This document shows, in pieces, positions 30,201 through 39,742 of a stretch of DNA of 64,000 bases. The translations under genes were made by a program, and so were the position numbers. Origin of the DNA: a virus (lineage: Duplodnaviria; Caudoviricetes); the IMG/VR virus record IMGVR_UViG_3300031853_000032, positions 3,598-67,597 of that record, one strand, 5' to 3'. Position 1 is the stretch's first letter; the number at the start of each line of letters is the position of its first letter. The notes below the pieces were generated by a model. That model was not told the origin of the DNA. It searched no databases and saw only the letters and a list, made by a program, of their open reading frames with translations.

Positions 30201-33200
30201 ATCGCATATTAAAGATCCAGGTGCTGTAGAGTCTGGTTGTTCAGCTATGGAAACGTGTTTTAACGCCCTTAGCGAGGCTCCTAATTCAGGTGGTTGGCTT
30301 AGTGCTATTGTCGGTGATAATTCTGATATCAGTGGCATGGGTGTAAACCTAGTTAACTTCGGTAACTGCATGTCAAACTTTGCATCTGTTGTCGGTAATA
30401 TGAAGCAAGATAATTTTGTATCCGGTTGCCAATGCATGTCAGAAGCTTTGAAAGCTATGAATGAAGCACCTTCTCTTGACGGTGGTTTCATCGGTGCTAT
30501 ATTTGGCGGTGAGAAAGATTTTACAGATCTTGGCGAGGGACTTGTTTCATTTGGTCAAGCTATGGCTGATTTCAGCAAAGTCGAAGGCATTGATGAAGAG
30601 AAGGTAAACAAAATCATCTCTCTTATGGGTACCATCCTTACTATGCAACAAACGCTTGCAAATATCGGTAACACAGGTACTGGAGACTTTGAAACTTTAA
30701 CAGATGCCTTCAAAGATGCTTGTGAATCAATGTCCAAAATATCAGACTATGATATTTCATATTCTGATGTGAACAATGCTTGCGTTCATATCGAAATGCT
30801 TGCAAGAGCTTTTAAAGAATGTGTTGATGTACCTAGTGATGCTGGTGCCGGAGTTATCGACTCAATACAGGCGTTTGGTGAAGCCGGAGTTACTGAGTGT
30901 CTTCAGCCGTTTATCGAGTCTGATCAGGATATAAGAAAAGCTGTTGGATCGTTCATTAAAAAGATCGGAGGAGTATTCTCTGAAGGTGCTTTTGTAGCTC
31001 ACATAAAGAAACAAGCCGGCGTAGTTGTTGAAAACGTTGTGCTTGGTCTTGAAGAGAAAACTAATCTTGTACTTGGCCGTGTCGAGAAGCTTGGTTTTAA
31101 ATTAGGCGATGCTTATGCTACAGGCGTTGGTGCCGGTGTCGGAGATGATGTCGAACCTGGCGTACCAGCTACCGAAATGAAGACAGTAGTTGATAACTCT
31201 GTACTTGGTCTTAGTGAGGCAACGGACGGCGCACTTTCTAAGGTCGAAGGCATAGGCTCTAAACTTGGCGAATCGTATATTGGTGGAGCAAATGATGTTC
31301 TTAAGAATGCCAACGTTGATGTTGATGCGCTTGTAAAGAATGGTTCTGAGAAGCTTAATAATATAGATCCGTCTGCTATTAAAGATACGGTATCTAATGC
31401 TGTTAGCAATCTTAGCGGCGATGATTTGCTCAATGCGACAGGTCTTAATAAGGTTGGTTCCATGTTCAAAGAGCATACCGATTCGATCGAAAAGCAGACT
31501 AAAGATCATCAAACAAGGATGTACAACATCAAGGATACATATCAGAACACTGACATACAGCGTCTTGAAATGTATGGTTTAAAGACAAGAAACGTTACCG
31601 CTGAGTATCTTAACGCCAACAAATCTAAGTATGAGAAATTCGGCTTAGATGTTGACGTTATAATGGGTAACCTCCATACGCACACCAATAATATCGCTGC
31701 AAAATCTTCAGAAGATGTTACAAACAAAGTATCAGATACTGTTAATAGTGTAACAGATAAAGCTAACGCTGGTGCTTCTAATATTAAAGGTGCTGCTAGA
31801 AGTGGTGGTCAAGGTGCTTCCGAAGAAGTTAGTAAGTACTCGGATATCGTTCTCGGTAAATCGGAATCGTTTTGGAGAGCTGTTCAAAACCAAGCTAAGG
31901 GCGGCAGCGATACTCTTGTCAACAAGGGTCAGTCTTTAAAGAAATTCACTGCTGAATCATTTAAGCAGATAGATACCCTTTGGACAGATTTTCAAAATAA
32001 ACTCGCTGAGAAGACTAAATCCATTAAAGATTCTCACAGCATGTTTGATGAAGCTACCAAGATTGATCCTAAATCTCCCGAGCAACTTCAGAAAAACATT
32101 GATTCTCAGACAAACCAGCTTAACAGATATGCTAATGTAATGGCTTCTCTTGCTACTAAGATCGAAGATAAAGATCTTAAAGAGAAGATATTTAGTATGG
32201 ACATAGATAAGCTTGATATTCTTGAAGGTCTTAACAATATGACCGAAGAGCAGCTTAAGCATTACACTGAATCCATGACAGCATACTCGAAAGCTGCTGA
32301 GAACGCTGCTCTTGCCTCTATGGGTAAAGAGAGAGAAGAACTGTCTAAACAGATGACTGCTCTTATGGGTGGTCTTGAGTTTGATTATAACGATTTCGCT
32401 GCTATTTATGATGGAACTTTCAACAGCCTTAATAAATATGCTCAAGATCAGCTTACTAAGATTAATATCGGTAAAGCTATATCAGACGGTATTAACGCTG
32501 GTAAGGAATCTGGCGAAATTAAAGCTGCTGTTGAAGACCTTCTTAAGACAAACATATTCGATACTGCTGATGCTGTTCTTGGCATGAGTTCTGACGATAG
32601 ACTTGCCGCTAAGCAGATTGGTGCTCCTATCGTAAGTGACATAGCCGAAGGAATTCGTAATGAGAATAACAGCACACAAGCAGTCGGTAAAGCTATCGAA
32701 GAGACTGTTACTGACGGTGCTAAAACAGTAGGTGATAGTAAGAGTCTTAAAGGTGATGCTAAAGCTGCTACTGAAGAAATTGGTCAGGGCGCTATGGCTG
32801 GTATCGCTGATGGTGTAGTTAAGTATGACGCTTCCTTGCTTACAGCAGCTATTAATAAACAGCTTAAGACTGCTATGGACGGTGTTCAGAAAAAGCAAGA
32901 GATAGGTTCGCCGTCTAAACTTTGGCGCAGAGAAGTCGGTGACAATGTAATGGCTGGCATCTATGTTGCTACGAAAGATCCTTATACAGTAAATGCTCTT
33001 GTTGGAAGTATCGGAAATGTTCTTAATGCCATGTTAGATGCTTCAGTTGATGGTATATCTGGTGTTGGTAACACTCTCGGAAAAGCCTTTGCTTCGGAAT
33101 ACGGATCAGCAATTCAAAATGGAACCAATTTCGATTACAGAACAGTCGAAGATCAGGCGGTTACGACAATACAGAGAACCGTATCAGCGATCATGGATAG

Positions 33201-33552
33201 TATTGATAGTAGTGGCATGGACTTAAATCCAGTGATTACACCTGTTATTGACACATCAGTTGTTAGAAGAGATGCATATGCTATCAATTCTATGCTCAAT
33301 AGGCAGTATTCACTTAGTATGGCTTCATCGGTTGCAGCAAGTAATAGCAGGAAAGAAAATGCTAAATACGTTGCTAAGCAGAGGAATGAAGCTGTCGGCG
33401 ATGCTATTGCTAAGATGGCTAATAAACCAGCTGAGCAGGTTACAAATCTGTATGTCGACGGTATTAAGTATAACACTGATGAGTATGTTGATGGATCTAT
33501 AAGTAATTTCACAGATTCTATTATTACCATGGCGAGGATGCACTCTCGTTGA
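24277..33552 (+). CDS. tape measure protein
   Basis: 3091 aa; N-terminal tape-measure domain (LN.Y.D.TIY.F..MT.NIG.FT.AG); long Ala/Gly/hydrophobic helical repeats. Confidence 0.93.
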   Translation: MPAPSNEIVASARFDTSNFESNIDKAMNSLQKFEDKLNNAGGGESLSKLGDAAKAIDLSKLEHGIEQLTKRFSFFGETVHHVMENVRNKVDNVFRSIKEKMILDPFQGMSSGMSEYEMKMDSLKTIMSATGRSLEDVKVQLEELNKYSDETIYSFSDMTQNIGKFTNAGIKLEDAVAAMKGISNEAALSGANATEASRAMYNLSQAMSLGYMQRMDWKSIENANMATQDFKKNLAETATQVGTIKKVNDDLFQVGKKTYSLNALYVDALKEGWLTNDVMMGTLKNYADKSTDLGKRAYEAATQVSTFSKMMDTLRETMQSGWGKTWELVFGDLEEAKRLWSSINNVVSAAIDSIATQRNEILQIWHDNGGYDAFLETINNIINVVQSIVAPIKSAFKEVFGFVDGGTQKAADGLIGFTEGIRDFVRSLELSIDAQKTLREVFRVIFTALKVGIGLIKTAIGFIKPLGHILGPIVKIFFDIASGIGNFIFSLVPFNSLAEGSTSILEAWGNICKSLGDKITSLWNSFKKSDALKAFVDIITKFVKFISSVGLDIFSDIGESISELFSDFSFDSVISGFHWLIGLLTDAAGAAFLFADALVKAFKVDGIKGVVDGILHPIESVKNNLLSFTKDAKNGGLSLFDTIKNYIFDDSDAPKDIRYAAVSNPIVSGVYKLEDDTTESLSVIDRIKSTVENIGSGLADLFSGFVNKIKSIDWKSIGTLIKFVSEEFLIFTKSGVFIAIAQAIKKGVIVTAIAGLVNSVASVFNNFSNIFRGVGKILNNTADLINEAKQSIDLVSQAMAKKLRAEAFKENAKAIGIITIAVVALMAAFAGLVYVLKDVDYTTIGVIALAVVGITAGLALLAYAASKFVNSMAGLRSVTQPGPVDNGWQALNNFFVGITRGANSFLKNAGKGIKYAGLGVALTGAAAFMLSLVGALFLVRNAISSFAEMTPHEFKKGFKSVLLIVGLLSAAIVAVSLSTMSISKASSGKAMSKKNSLSSFIGVTAFIFALVAAINLMVDPIKQFAAIPKKDLIKGLLSIAATLFLLVSAVAAVAVASTILTAFKGSATGFGTFIGAAAFIFTLVSAVNLMADAIGKFADIKESTMKKGLRSIASVMLCISAAIAIISLTSHKGSFGGLLGSVGVILAFVGAIYLLIGPIKQLGAIDVDTLVKGVGAISVIVLAISAALAIIGRFGNFGAFAGLGIGLLSIVGALLILSIVPFDRLIPSAIALGIVLAALALAFRGASGVSGKISAFVGVAANIATITASLIALSMIKPKKLIAPVLVLGSMLFMLSRVFKAASGIGGDGAWKSFAAIVANIIVIIIALGVMANMEDQSKLVIATACIDSLLLMMSVLFKGASKINPASAKKAAAVIGTTGIVIMAIIGVLGLVAYLTKDVDYKNFAAIGFAAAAIGFAISKIMDVMQRSNGANFKILMARLLVIAGVIGMLSVLVLAIGAAASLAGNNTMNIAAIGAVLSVITAVVAGLMKVVEGTVAGANAKTLAARTLVLVGIFGMLSVLALAVGAAASVAGNNTMNIAAIGAVLSIITAVVIGLMAVIQHGNTAGIAKATLPLIAIFAGLSAIAVAIGFAASIAGDNTANIVALGTMLSLMTTVIDGLVFIIGRTNPQSLIASILPIIAIFGMLSVLAIAVAHAASIANGCTSEILAIGTMVSLLAGVMLLIVKLSPGVALAASAALGFVAGSAIIIAGLIAIASIIGYLDSLIDFRESMNEGLAIIADLAAGLGKAIGAFVGGIAEGVLERVGQGLSDFYNNSKAFWDGMESLDSGTVTKGIKAMVGAIMALGAAAFTDAAIQFLDIFGGNTIGDIGGKLVEFAGYMGQFDSKTKSIKNATRFQTISNAAKLLFEGLSSAPTSGGIIDLFVGSSDDIDDIGSGIETMGAAMNAFNEKTKGINPETIEPAANAMKVIFEALSCAPNDGGLIGMIVGNNSDITTMGVNLVNFGNCMSNFASTISHIKDPGAVESGCSAMETCFNALSEAPNSGGWLSAIVGDNSDISGMGVNLVNFGNCMSNFASVVGNMKQDNFVSGCQCMSEALKAMNEAPSLDGGFIGAIFGGEKDFTDLGEGLVSFGQAMADFSKVEGIDEEKVNKIISLMGTILTMQQTLANIGNTGTGDFETLTDAFKDACESMSKISDYDISYSDVNNACVHIEMLARAFKECVDVPSDAGAGVIDSIQAFGEAGVTECLQPFIESDQDIRKAVGSFIKKIGGVFSEGAFVAHIKKQAGVVVENVVLGLEEKTNLVLGRVEKLGFKLGDAYATGVGAGVGDDVEPGVPATEMKTVVDNSVLGLSEATDGALSKVEGIGSKLGESYIGGANDVLKNANVDVDALVKNGSEKLNNIDPSAIKDTVSNAVSNLSGDDLLNATGLNKVGSMFKEHTDSIEKQTKDHQTRMYNIKDTYQNTDIQRLEMYGLKTRNVTAEYLNANKSKYEKFGLDVDVIMGNLHTHTNNIAAKSSEDVTNKVSDTVNSVTDKANAGASNIKGAARSGGQGASEEVSKYSDIVLGKSESFWRAVQNQAKGGSDTLVNKGQSLKKFTAESFKQIDTLWTDFQNKLAEKTKSIKDSHSMFDEATKIDPKSPEQLQKNIDSQTNQLNRYANVMASLATKIEDKDLKEKIFSMDIDKLDILEGLNNMTEEQLKHYTESMTAYSKAAENAALASMGKEREELSKQMTALMGGLEFDYNDFAAIYDGTFNSLNKYAQDQLTKINIGKAISDGINAGKESGEIKAAVEDLLKTNIFDTADAVLGMSSDDRLAAKQIGAPIVSDIAEGIRNENNSTQAVGKAIEETVTDGAKTVGDSKSLKGDAKAATEEIGQGAMAGIADGVVKYDASLLTAAINKQLKTAMDGVQKKQEIGSPSKLWRREVGDNVMAGIYVATKDPYTVNALVGSIGNVLNAMLDASVDGISGVGNTLGKAFASEYGSAIQNGTNFDYRTVEDQAVTTIQRTVSAIMDSIDSSGMDLNPVITPVIDTSVVRRDAYAINSMLNRQYSLSMASSVAASNSRKENAKYVAKQRNEAVGDAIAKMANKPAEQVTNLYVDGIKYNTDEYVDGSISNFTDSIITMARMHSR

Positions 33553-33734
33553 TATTTTAGGCGGTTACTTACGAAATTGCAAGATGGGTAAGTGTAATAG
33601 GTGCTTGGGTCTTTTGTCATCATAACGTGCAAACGGTCTAATAATCCCCCAATAACCCCAATGTCTGACTACGATTATTTTCACTACTCATATAAAATCC
33701 CTTCCGCCTATTTAAGTGCATAAGGAGGTAAAAC

Positions 33735-34040
33735 ATGAAAGATAATGAAGAAATTACATGGGATATTATAAAGAAAAAAATCTCATCACGAAAATTTTGG
33801 GAATCCCTTATAGGCTTTATAACATCAATTCTCGTTGCTTTCAATGTGCCTGACAACCAGATTGCTCAGACTGCTTCCATAATAATGGGCTTTGGTGTTT
33901 TAGTTGTTTATATTTTATCAGAAGCAAAAACTGACCAAGAGTCGATAAGGGCCGATACTTCTAATGAAGAGATAAAAACAATGATTACTGAAACCAAAGT
34001 TACTCAGCTTAACGGAAAAGCTGAAACAAAAGAGGGGTAA
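33735..34040 (+). CDS. holin-like protein
   Basis: AAGGAGGT RBS; 'K..SRKFW' followed by two hydrophobic helices. Confidence 0.7.
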   Translation: MKDNEEITWDIIKKKISSRKFWESLIGFITSILVAFNVPDNQIAQTASIIMGFGVLVVYILSEAKTDQESIRADTSNEEIKTMITETKVTQLNGKAETKEG

Positions 34041-34049
34041 TAGAATGCT

Positions 34050-34427
34050 ATGAATGACGTAAACATGATCTCAATTATTCTTGGCATATTTACATCTGTA
34101 GTATCTGGTGTGCTTTTAGCTTTACTCGTATCGTGGATTAACTCAAACAAAGAGTATAGGAGACATCGTGAAGAAATGGAACTAGAAAAGCAGAAAAACA
34201 GAGAAGATAAGATAAATACTATTATCGAAACTTTGAGCGCTCTTTGTGAGACACAGTTTGATTACCAATACGATAAAGTTATAAAAGAAAAACTGTATAC
34301 GTCCGAAGATAGGGTGCTGTATCATAAACTTTACGAAAATTACAAGAAGCTTGGTGGTGACGGTAAATACGAACAGAAGAAACAAACTGTTCTTAAGTAT
34401 CCTGACGAGAATGATAAGTACTATTGA
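34050..34427 (+). CDS. lysis-cassette membrane protein
   Basis: N-terminal TM, coiled coil, 'Y..Y..LGG.G' motif. Confidence 0.55.
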   Translation: MNDVNMISIILGIFTSVVSGVLLALLVSWINSNKEYRRHREEMELEKQKNREDKINTIIETLSALCETQFDYQYDKVIKEKLYTSEDRVLYHKLYENYKKLGGDGKYEQKKQTVLKYPDENDKYY

Positions 34428-34445
34428 TGCCCAAGGAGGTATATT

Positions 34446-34754
34446 ATGCAAGTATATCTCAGTCCTGAAGAAGAGGAAAAAGTTTTAGAAAATATAGCAA
34501 AGAAAAAAAGCGGTGTAGATGACTCAAAAAAGCAAAATTCACTTTTTTCAAAATGGCTTGTTCTTGCTATATGCACAGCTGTATGTGTCTTTACTGTTTT
34601 TATATTTGTGGCTATATTCCTCGACAAGATGATACCTGATTCCATAGTATACGCCTGGTTTTCTTTTTGGGGTGTTGAACTTGTAAATCTGATGCTTGTA
34701 AAGAGAGGAAAGATTTCACATCAGACGAAAGCTGATAATACTCAACAAGGATAG
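34446..34754 (+). CDS. holin-like membrane protein
   Basis: AAGGAGGT RBS; two TM segments; directly before the endolysin. Confidence 0.55.
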   Translation: MQVYLSPEEEEKVLENIAKKKSGVDDSKKQNSLFSKWLVLAICTAVCVFTVFIFVAIFLDKMIPDSIVYAWFSFWGVELVNLMLVKRGKISHQTKADNTQQG

Positions 34755-34763
34755 GAGAGTGTA

Positions 34764-36077
34764 ATGATGAGTAATTCCCCTCTAGTAAATTATACCAAGA
34801 TAAGTCCTAATAAGAATTCTCCTAGAAGCCATAAGATTGATACCATAACCATACATTGTGTCGTAGGTCAGTTGTCTGTCGAATCACTGGGGGCTATATT
34901 TGCGCAGACTTCTAAAAAAGCTTCGAGCAATTATGGTATTGGGTCGGATGGTAGAATCGGATTATATGTCGAAGAAAAAGATAGGTCTTGGTGTTCATCG
35001 AATGCTGATAACGATAACAGAGCCATAACGATAGAATGTGCTTCTGATAAAACAAGTCCATATGCTGTAAACGACAAAGTTATGAACAGTCTTATAAAAC
35101 TTCTTGTTGATATTTGCAGAAGGAATGGTATAAAGGAGCTTAAATGGAAAGCCGATAAGTCTCTCATAGGACAAGTCGATAAACAAAACATGACGGTTCA
35201 TAGATGGTTTGCTGCTAAGTCTTGTCCTGGAGATTACTTATATTCTCGACATGGGGAAATTGCTAGTAATGTAAATAAGATCTTGAGAGGTAATGAACAC
35301 GTGTACACAGCCAATACAAAACTTACTCCAGAAAAGTTTATAAGCACTATAGCTCCCATTGTGATGAAATATCACGACAAATATAAGTTTGGTTTTCCAT
35401 CTATCATTATAGCTCAGGCTTGTCTTGAGTCAGGTTATGGTACGAGTAATAAAGTAATAAATCCAATGACAGGCGCCTATCGTCATAATTATTTCGGGCT
35501 TAAGTATAGACCGGGAAGAGTTTTCGTAAATAACGGATACTTTACAGAAAGTGGTTCTGAACAAAACGCTGATGGGTCATATACTCCTGGAAAGTTTGAC
35601 TGGTATAAGTTTCCGTCAATGGATGCTGGTGTTGAAGGCTATTTTCAATTCATAAAAAATGGTCTTTATAAAAATGCAGTACTTGCTAAAACACCTGAGG
35701 AATATATTGTCGAACTTAAAAAAGCAGGTTATGCATCATCACTTGATTATGTTTCTAAAATCACAAATGTTGTTAACGTAAGAGAACTTACTAAGTACGA
35801 CGATAAAAAACCGTTAACATACACAGAGCCGAAAGGAACTTATTGGGTTGGATATCTCGTGGCTGATCTTAAAATTGGTACAAAAGGGAAAATCGTTAAG
35901 TTTGCTCAAAAGCTTCTTAACGGTGCGGGGTTAAAAGTTCAAGAGGACGCATTATATGGAGAAAAAACTGCAAAAGCTGTCTCTGACTTTCAGTCTAAAA
36001 ATAGCTTAGCAGTGACTGGGGAGATTGACGCTAAGACTTGGCTTAAACTCACAGCGTCAAATGGGATTCATATATAA
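34764..36077 (+). CDS. endolysin: N-acetylmuramoyl-L-alanine amidase + glucosaminidase (GH73-like) + PG-binding domain
   Basis: Amidase_2 motifs ITIHC, SSNY.IG, ITIECAS, HRWFA.KSCPG; 'AQACLESGYG..NYFG.K..YA' glucosaminidase; C-terminal PG_binding_1 pattern. Confidence 0.9.
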   Translation: MMSNSPLVNYTKISPNKNSPRSHKIDTITIHCVVGQLSVESLGAIFAQTSKKASSNYGIGSDGRIGLYVEEKDRSWCSSNADNDNRAITIECASDKTSPYAVNDKVMNSLIKLLVDICRRNGIKELKWKADKSLIGQVDKQNMTVHRWFAAKSCPGDYLYSRHGEIASNVNKILRGNEHVYTANTKLTPEKFISTIAPIVMKYHDKYKFGFPSIIIAQACLESGYGTSNKVINPMTGAYRHNYFGLKYRPGRVFVNNGYFTESGSEQNADGSYTPGKFDWYKFPSMDAGVEGYFQFIKNGLYKNAVLAKTPEEYIVELKKAGYASSLDYVSKITNVVNVRELTKYDDKKPLTYTEPKGTYWVGYLVADLKIGTKGKIVKFAQKLLNGAGLKVQEDALYGEKTAKAVSDFQSKNSLAVTGEIDAKTWLKLTASNGIHI

Positions 36078-36090
36078 TTAAGTGCTGGTT

Positions 36091-36147
36091 TGGTCAGTCG
36101 TCTAATTGGTAGGACAGTAAATGAGGGTTCAAATCCCTCCTGACCAA
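36091..36147 (+). ncRNA. tRNA-like element lacking an anticodon arm (1)
   Basis: acceptor TGGTCAG/CTGACCA; D arm GTCTAATTGGTAGGAC; 7-nt linker; T arm GAGGG-TTCAAAT-CCCTC. Confidence 0.7.
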
Positions 36148-36175
36148 TTTTATATTTAAGATAAGGAGGTATGCT

Positions 36176-39100
36176 ATGGCCAATGCGTCTAATTCTAGCA
36201 AAGCACGCGCTGTGTCCGATTTATGTGTTACTAGGCAGTCCAATACTTTTATAGCCACCTTCACACGAGGTACTGACAAAGACGGAAACACAACGGTCAC
36301 AATTGTACAGTGTCGATATACAAGACGAAAATACGATACCAAAAAATCCAAGTGGGTTGAAATGAAGCCTACTGGTTGGAAGAAATACACTGTAGCTGAA
36401 ATTGTTGACGCTGACGATGACGGTGAAGATGATATCGGTGAAAGCGGATGGAAAATAGGAAAAGATGTAGACCTTGCTAAATGGTGGCCTAGCTACGTTG
36501 TAGACAGTAAAGGGAATCCAACAGATAAGCAATATCCTTATCTAACCGGTTTCGAAGTAAGAGCTTGGTCGAAAAAAGGTGATAAAAAGAAAACTAATGT
36601 AAGTTTCGATATACAAAAACCAGGACCGATAGAACTAACATTATCAGCGGATGGTAACAATTTTATATGGAGAATACAAGAAAATACAGCTGATCCTACT
36701 AACGGTAGTTCTCATAGATGGGCTTATAGGTCGGTATACCAAATTGTAACCAGTATAGAAACTGATAAGAACAACGTCGAATGGGACAGTAATGGTATTG
36801 AAGAAAGTGTTGCTGGACCTAGCGGATGGGTTTCTACAAATGTGGACCACGGGTTTACAAAATGGATAAGAGTTAAAGTGCAAGGTCCTGCTGGAGAAAC
36901 TGATTGGGCGTATGGAGCCAGGATAAAAGCAGACCCTCCAGATCTTCAAAATCCAACACCTACTGGCGCAAACATTAAACTTCTTCCGTTAGATGATCCT
37001 CTGCACTCTCCTAAAGTTGAAAGAAACCAAGTAACAGTATACTACAGTTTTACTAATCTTATCGCTGGGTCTTTGGAGAAGATCATAATACAGTATAAAA
37101 TTGGAACACCGATAAGTTATGCCGAAGATTTTAGCAGCTCTTGTCCAGATCCTGACAATGGTTGGTCTGATGGTAAGGTTATTAAGTGGCCTGGTGGATC
37201 TGACAATCCTTACGCTGAAGCAAAGTTTTATATTCCAAATGAAATAGATTATATGGTTGACAGCGTTCTTTACGTAAGGATCACTGCTGAAAACGATGGT
37301 GCTACAAGTTCATCTCTTCCTGTTGCTGTGAAAGGTGGAAGACTTGCAAAACCCACAATATCATCTATTTCAGTTGACGTTAGATCAAAAGAAGAAGCTC
37401 CTGAAACAGGTAGAACTGTAACAGCTGTTCTTACTGGAAACACCGTTGTCCCTGGATCTAAAGTATGTCTTCTTGCTAACGGAAATGCCATGGATAATTC
37501 GATACATGACGTTGTAACTCCAGACCATTCTAGTAGCGATGAGATAACGATAGGGCCTATTCCGTTTGATTCTTTCGGCGATATAATCGTAAAGGACAAG
37601 AACACTATATGCTTTGGTGCTAGAACGTTTTTGGGTGATGTGGCTAACCCTGTGATGTGGTCGTATGATGTAAACCTTGACTATTCTCATGATATTTCAG
37701 TTCCTGTACCGCCGCTTATTAAAGGTATAAAGTATCTTCCAGCTGATGAATCGAATAATAATCAAAATATAGTGCAAATCGACTTCGACTGGACTTGGAC
37801 ATCTGCTACAAAAGCTTTGATATCTTGGTCTGATTTTCCACAAGGATGGCAGTCTAATTCTGAACCAACCAAGTGTGAAATAGTATCTAGAAGATATACG
37901 ACGTGGTTCCTTACTGGTCTTGAACTTGGTAAATCTTGGTATATAAGAATGCAACACGTTAAAGAGGCTAAGAACGATCAGGATAAGGAATACTCATCTC
38001 CATGGGGCATGCCTGGTAATAACTATAATCCTTCTACAGATCCACCGGCAGCTAAATACGGTGTGCAAGATGTTGATATTTTCTCAGCAGATGGACAACG
38101 AATGGTATTCACACTTGAGTATCCAGCAGCTTATATAGAATCAGTTAGTATTAAGCCTACTGGTGCAGCCGATTCGTCATATGTAGATACCACATACTAT
38201 TCATGGACAGGAGCAGGATCATCCTCGATAAACATTTATAGTAATGAAGCTCTTGATATTCCGGTTAACTCTGGTAATTCTATTAGAGTTATATATAGGC
38301 ATGAAGTACCTTATCCGCTTATTCTTAAGTTTAACTCTTCAAAGCCTGGATGCTGGGTTAACGACATGACTAGCGGTATCGTGAGAGGTAGACCAATAAC
38401 TCTTAGCTGGTCATACACTCCGACAGATACAACCGGCCTTGCATCGACAGTCATATATCAGGATGAAGATGAGCTTACTACGGTTCAAGGTAATGTTCAG
38501 TCATATACGTTTACGCCAGATTATTATAACAGCAATACGTATGAAGAGTATACAAGTCATAACTATCAGGTCGTTACTATATCTGAAAGTGGTATCGCAT
38601 CTCCTATGTCAGATTCATGTGTTGTTCATTTTGTAGAAGAACCTACAGCTGACCTTAAGTTTAGTGATGTCACTGGAAAACCTGATTCTGGATTCGAAGT
38701 AAGATCAGAAGGCGGTGAAGAAGTTTTATATTTGACACACCTACCAGCATACATCGAAGCAAATGTATCAGCAGTTGACGGTGACACTCAGATTACTATA
38801 GCAAGACTTGGCGATGTTAACTTTACAAGACCTGACGATAGAACTAACGATGGGTTTGATGGTGAGAGTATATTTGCTGTTGATGTACAAGGTAATGAGG
38901 TAGTACCAATAGAACTGGATTCTCTTGTCGGTAGACTTGATAATCATAAGTCATATACAATAACCATAAACTGCACTGACAAATACGGACAATCTGTTGT
39001 TAAGCAGTATATGTTTTTTGTCGAATGGAACATACATGCAGTAATGCCTATTGTAAGTCTCGAACGTGATCCTTTACATATGGCTTGTATTATCAACGTA

Positions 39101-39739
39101 GAGCCTGGAGAAGGTTCTGATCCTCAAGGATTTATGGAGATATATAGACTCTCATCTGACAAACCAGAGCTTATTCATTCTGGTGTATATGGTAGTTTTG
39201 TCGATAGGTATCCGGCATCAAATGGTGGATATAGGGTCGTTGCTTGTACAAGATATGGTGACTGGATAACAGAAGATGTCACGAAAGCTTGGTATGATGT
39301 ATATACTGGTTTTATATTCACTGATATCATCGTTAACTACGGGGACGATATGCTTGTACTGCCGTTTAACGTAGAGATACAGAACTCTTGGATGAAAGAT
39401 TTCGAGCGTAAGTCTTATCTCAACGGTCAGGTTCGAGGCTCTTGGAATGAAGCGGTTACGAAAGACATATCTATAAACACCACTGTAAGAAACGATGATG
39501 AAGTTGCTTTCAGGAAACTTAGGGAAATAGCTGAGTATCCTGGCATATGTCATATAAGAACTGGAGATGGTACAAGTTACGGTTGCGATCTTCAGGTTTC
39601 ATATTCTGACAATTATAACACCGTTGTCACCGACGTATCACTTACTGCTCAGAAAGTTGATGAAGAAAGAACGACACTTGAAACTGTAGCAGCATATGTA
39701 GATACACTAACCGATAACATAACATTTGAAGGAGAATAA
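36176..39739 (+). CDS. large minor tail protein (beta-sandwich/FN3-like repeats, distal-tail-like C-terminus)
   Basis: 1187 aa, beta-rich; AAGGAGGT RBS; upstream of the tail hub-like gene. Confidence 0.6.
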   Translation: MANASNSSKARAVSDLCVTRQSNTFIATFTRGTDKDGNTTVTIVQCRYTRRKYDTKKSKWVEMKPTGWKKYTVAEIVDADDDGEDDIGESGWKIGKDVDLAKWWPSYVVDSKGNPTDKQYPYLTGFEVRAWSKKGDKKKTNVSFDIQKPGPIELTLSADGNNFIWRIQENTADPTNGSSHRWAYRSVYQIVTSIETDKNNVEWDSNGIEESVAGPSGWVSTNVDHGFTKWIRVKVQGPAGETDWAYGARIKADPPDLQNPTPTGANIKLLPLDDPLHSPKVERNQVTVYYSFTNLIAGSLEKIIIQYKIGTPISYAEDFSSSCPDPDNGWSDGKVIKWPGGSDNPYAEAKFYIPNEIDYMVDSVLYVRITAENDGATSSSLPVAVKGGRLAKPTISSISVDVRSKEEAPETGRTVTAVLTGNTVVPGSKVCLLANGNAMDNSIHDVVTPDHSSSDEITIGPIPFDSFGDIIVKDKNTICFGARTFLGDVANPVMWSYDVNLDYSHDISVPVPPLIKGIKYLPADESNNNQNIVQIDFDWTWTSATKALISWSDFPQGWQSNSEPTKCEIVSRRYTTWFLTGLELGKSWYIRMQHVKEAKNDQDKEYSSPWGMPGNNYNPSTDPPAAKYGVQDVDIFSADGQRMVFTLEYPAAYIESVSIKPTGAADSSYVDTTYYSWTGAGSSSINIYSNEALDIPVNSGNSIRVIYRHEVPYPLILKFNSSKPGCWVNDMTSGIVRGRPITLSWSYTPTDTTGLASTVIYQDEDELTTVQGNVQSYTFTPDYYNSNTYEEYTSHNYQVVTISESGIASPMSDSCVVHFVEEPTADLKFSDVTGKPDSGFEVRSEGGEEVLYLTHLPAYIEANVSAVDGDTQITIARLGDVNFTRPDDRTNDGFDGESIFAVDVQGNEVVPIELDSLVGRLDNHKSYTITINCTDKYGQSVVKQYMFFVEWNIHAVMPIVSLERDPLHMACIINVEPGEGSDPQGFMEIYRLSSDKPELIHSGVYGSFVDRYPASNGGYRVVACTRYGDWITEDVTKAWYDVYTGFIFTDIIVNYGDDMLVLPFNVEIQNSWMKDFERKSYLNGQVRGSWNEAVTKDISINTTVRNDDEVAFRKLREIAEYPGICHIRTGDGTSYGCDLQVSYSDNYNTVVTDVSLTAQKVDEERTTLETVAAYVDTLTDNITFEGE

Positions 39740-39742
39740 GTC

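Noticed and set aside
25578-33632. Many minus-strand ORFs of 60-215 aa inside the tape measure gene
   Set aside because: Expected antisense openness of GCT/GGT-rich codons; no RBS or protein-like features
33558-33710. Possible ncRNA closed by TAGGCGG/CCGCCTA between tape measure and holin
   Set aside because: Only a 7-bp long-range stem with weak internal pairing; cannot be told from chance without covariation data
36094-36390. 98-aa minus-strand ORF
   Set aside because: Overlaps the tRNA-like element and the start of the large tail gene; no RBS
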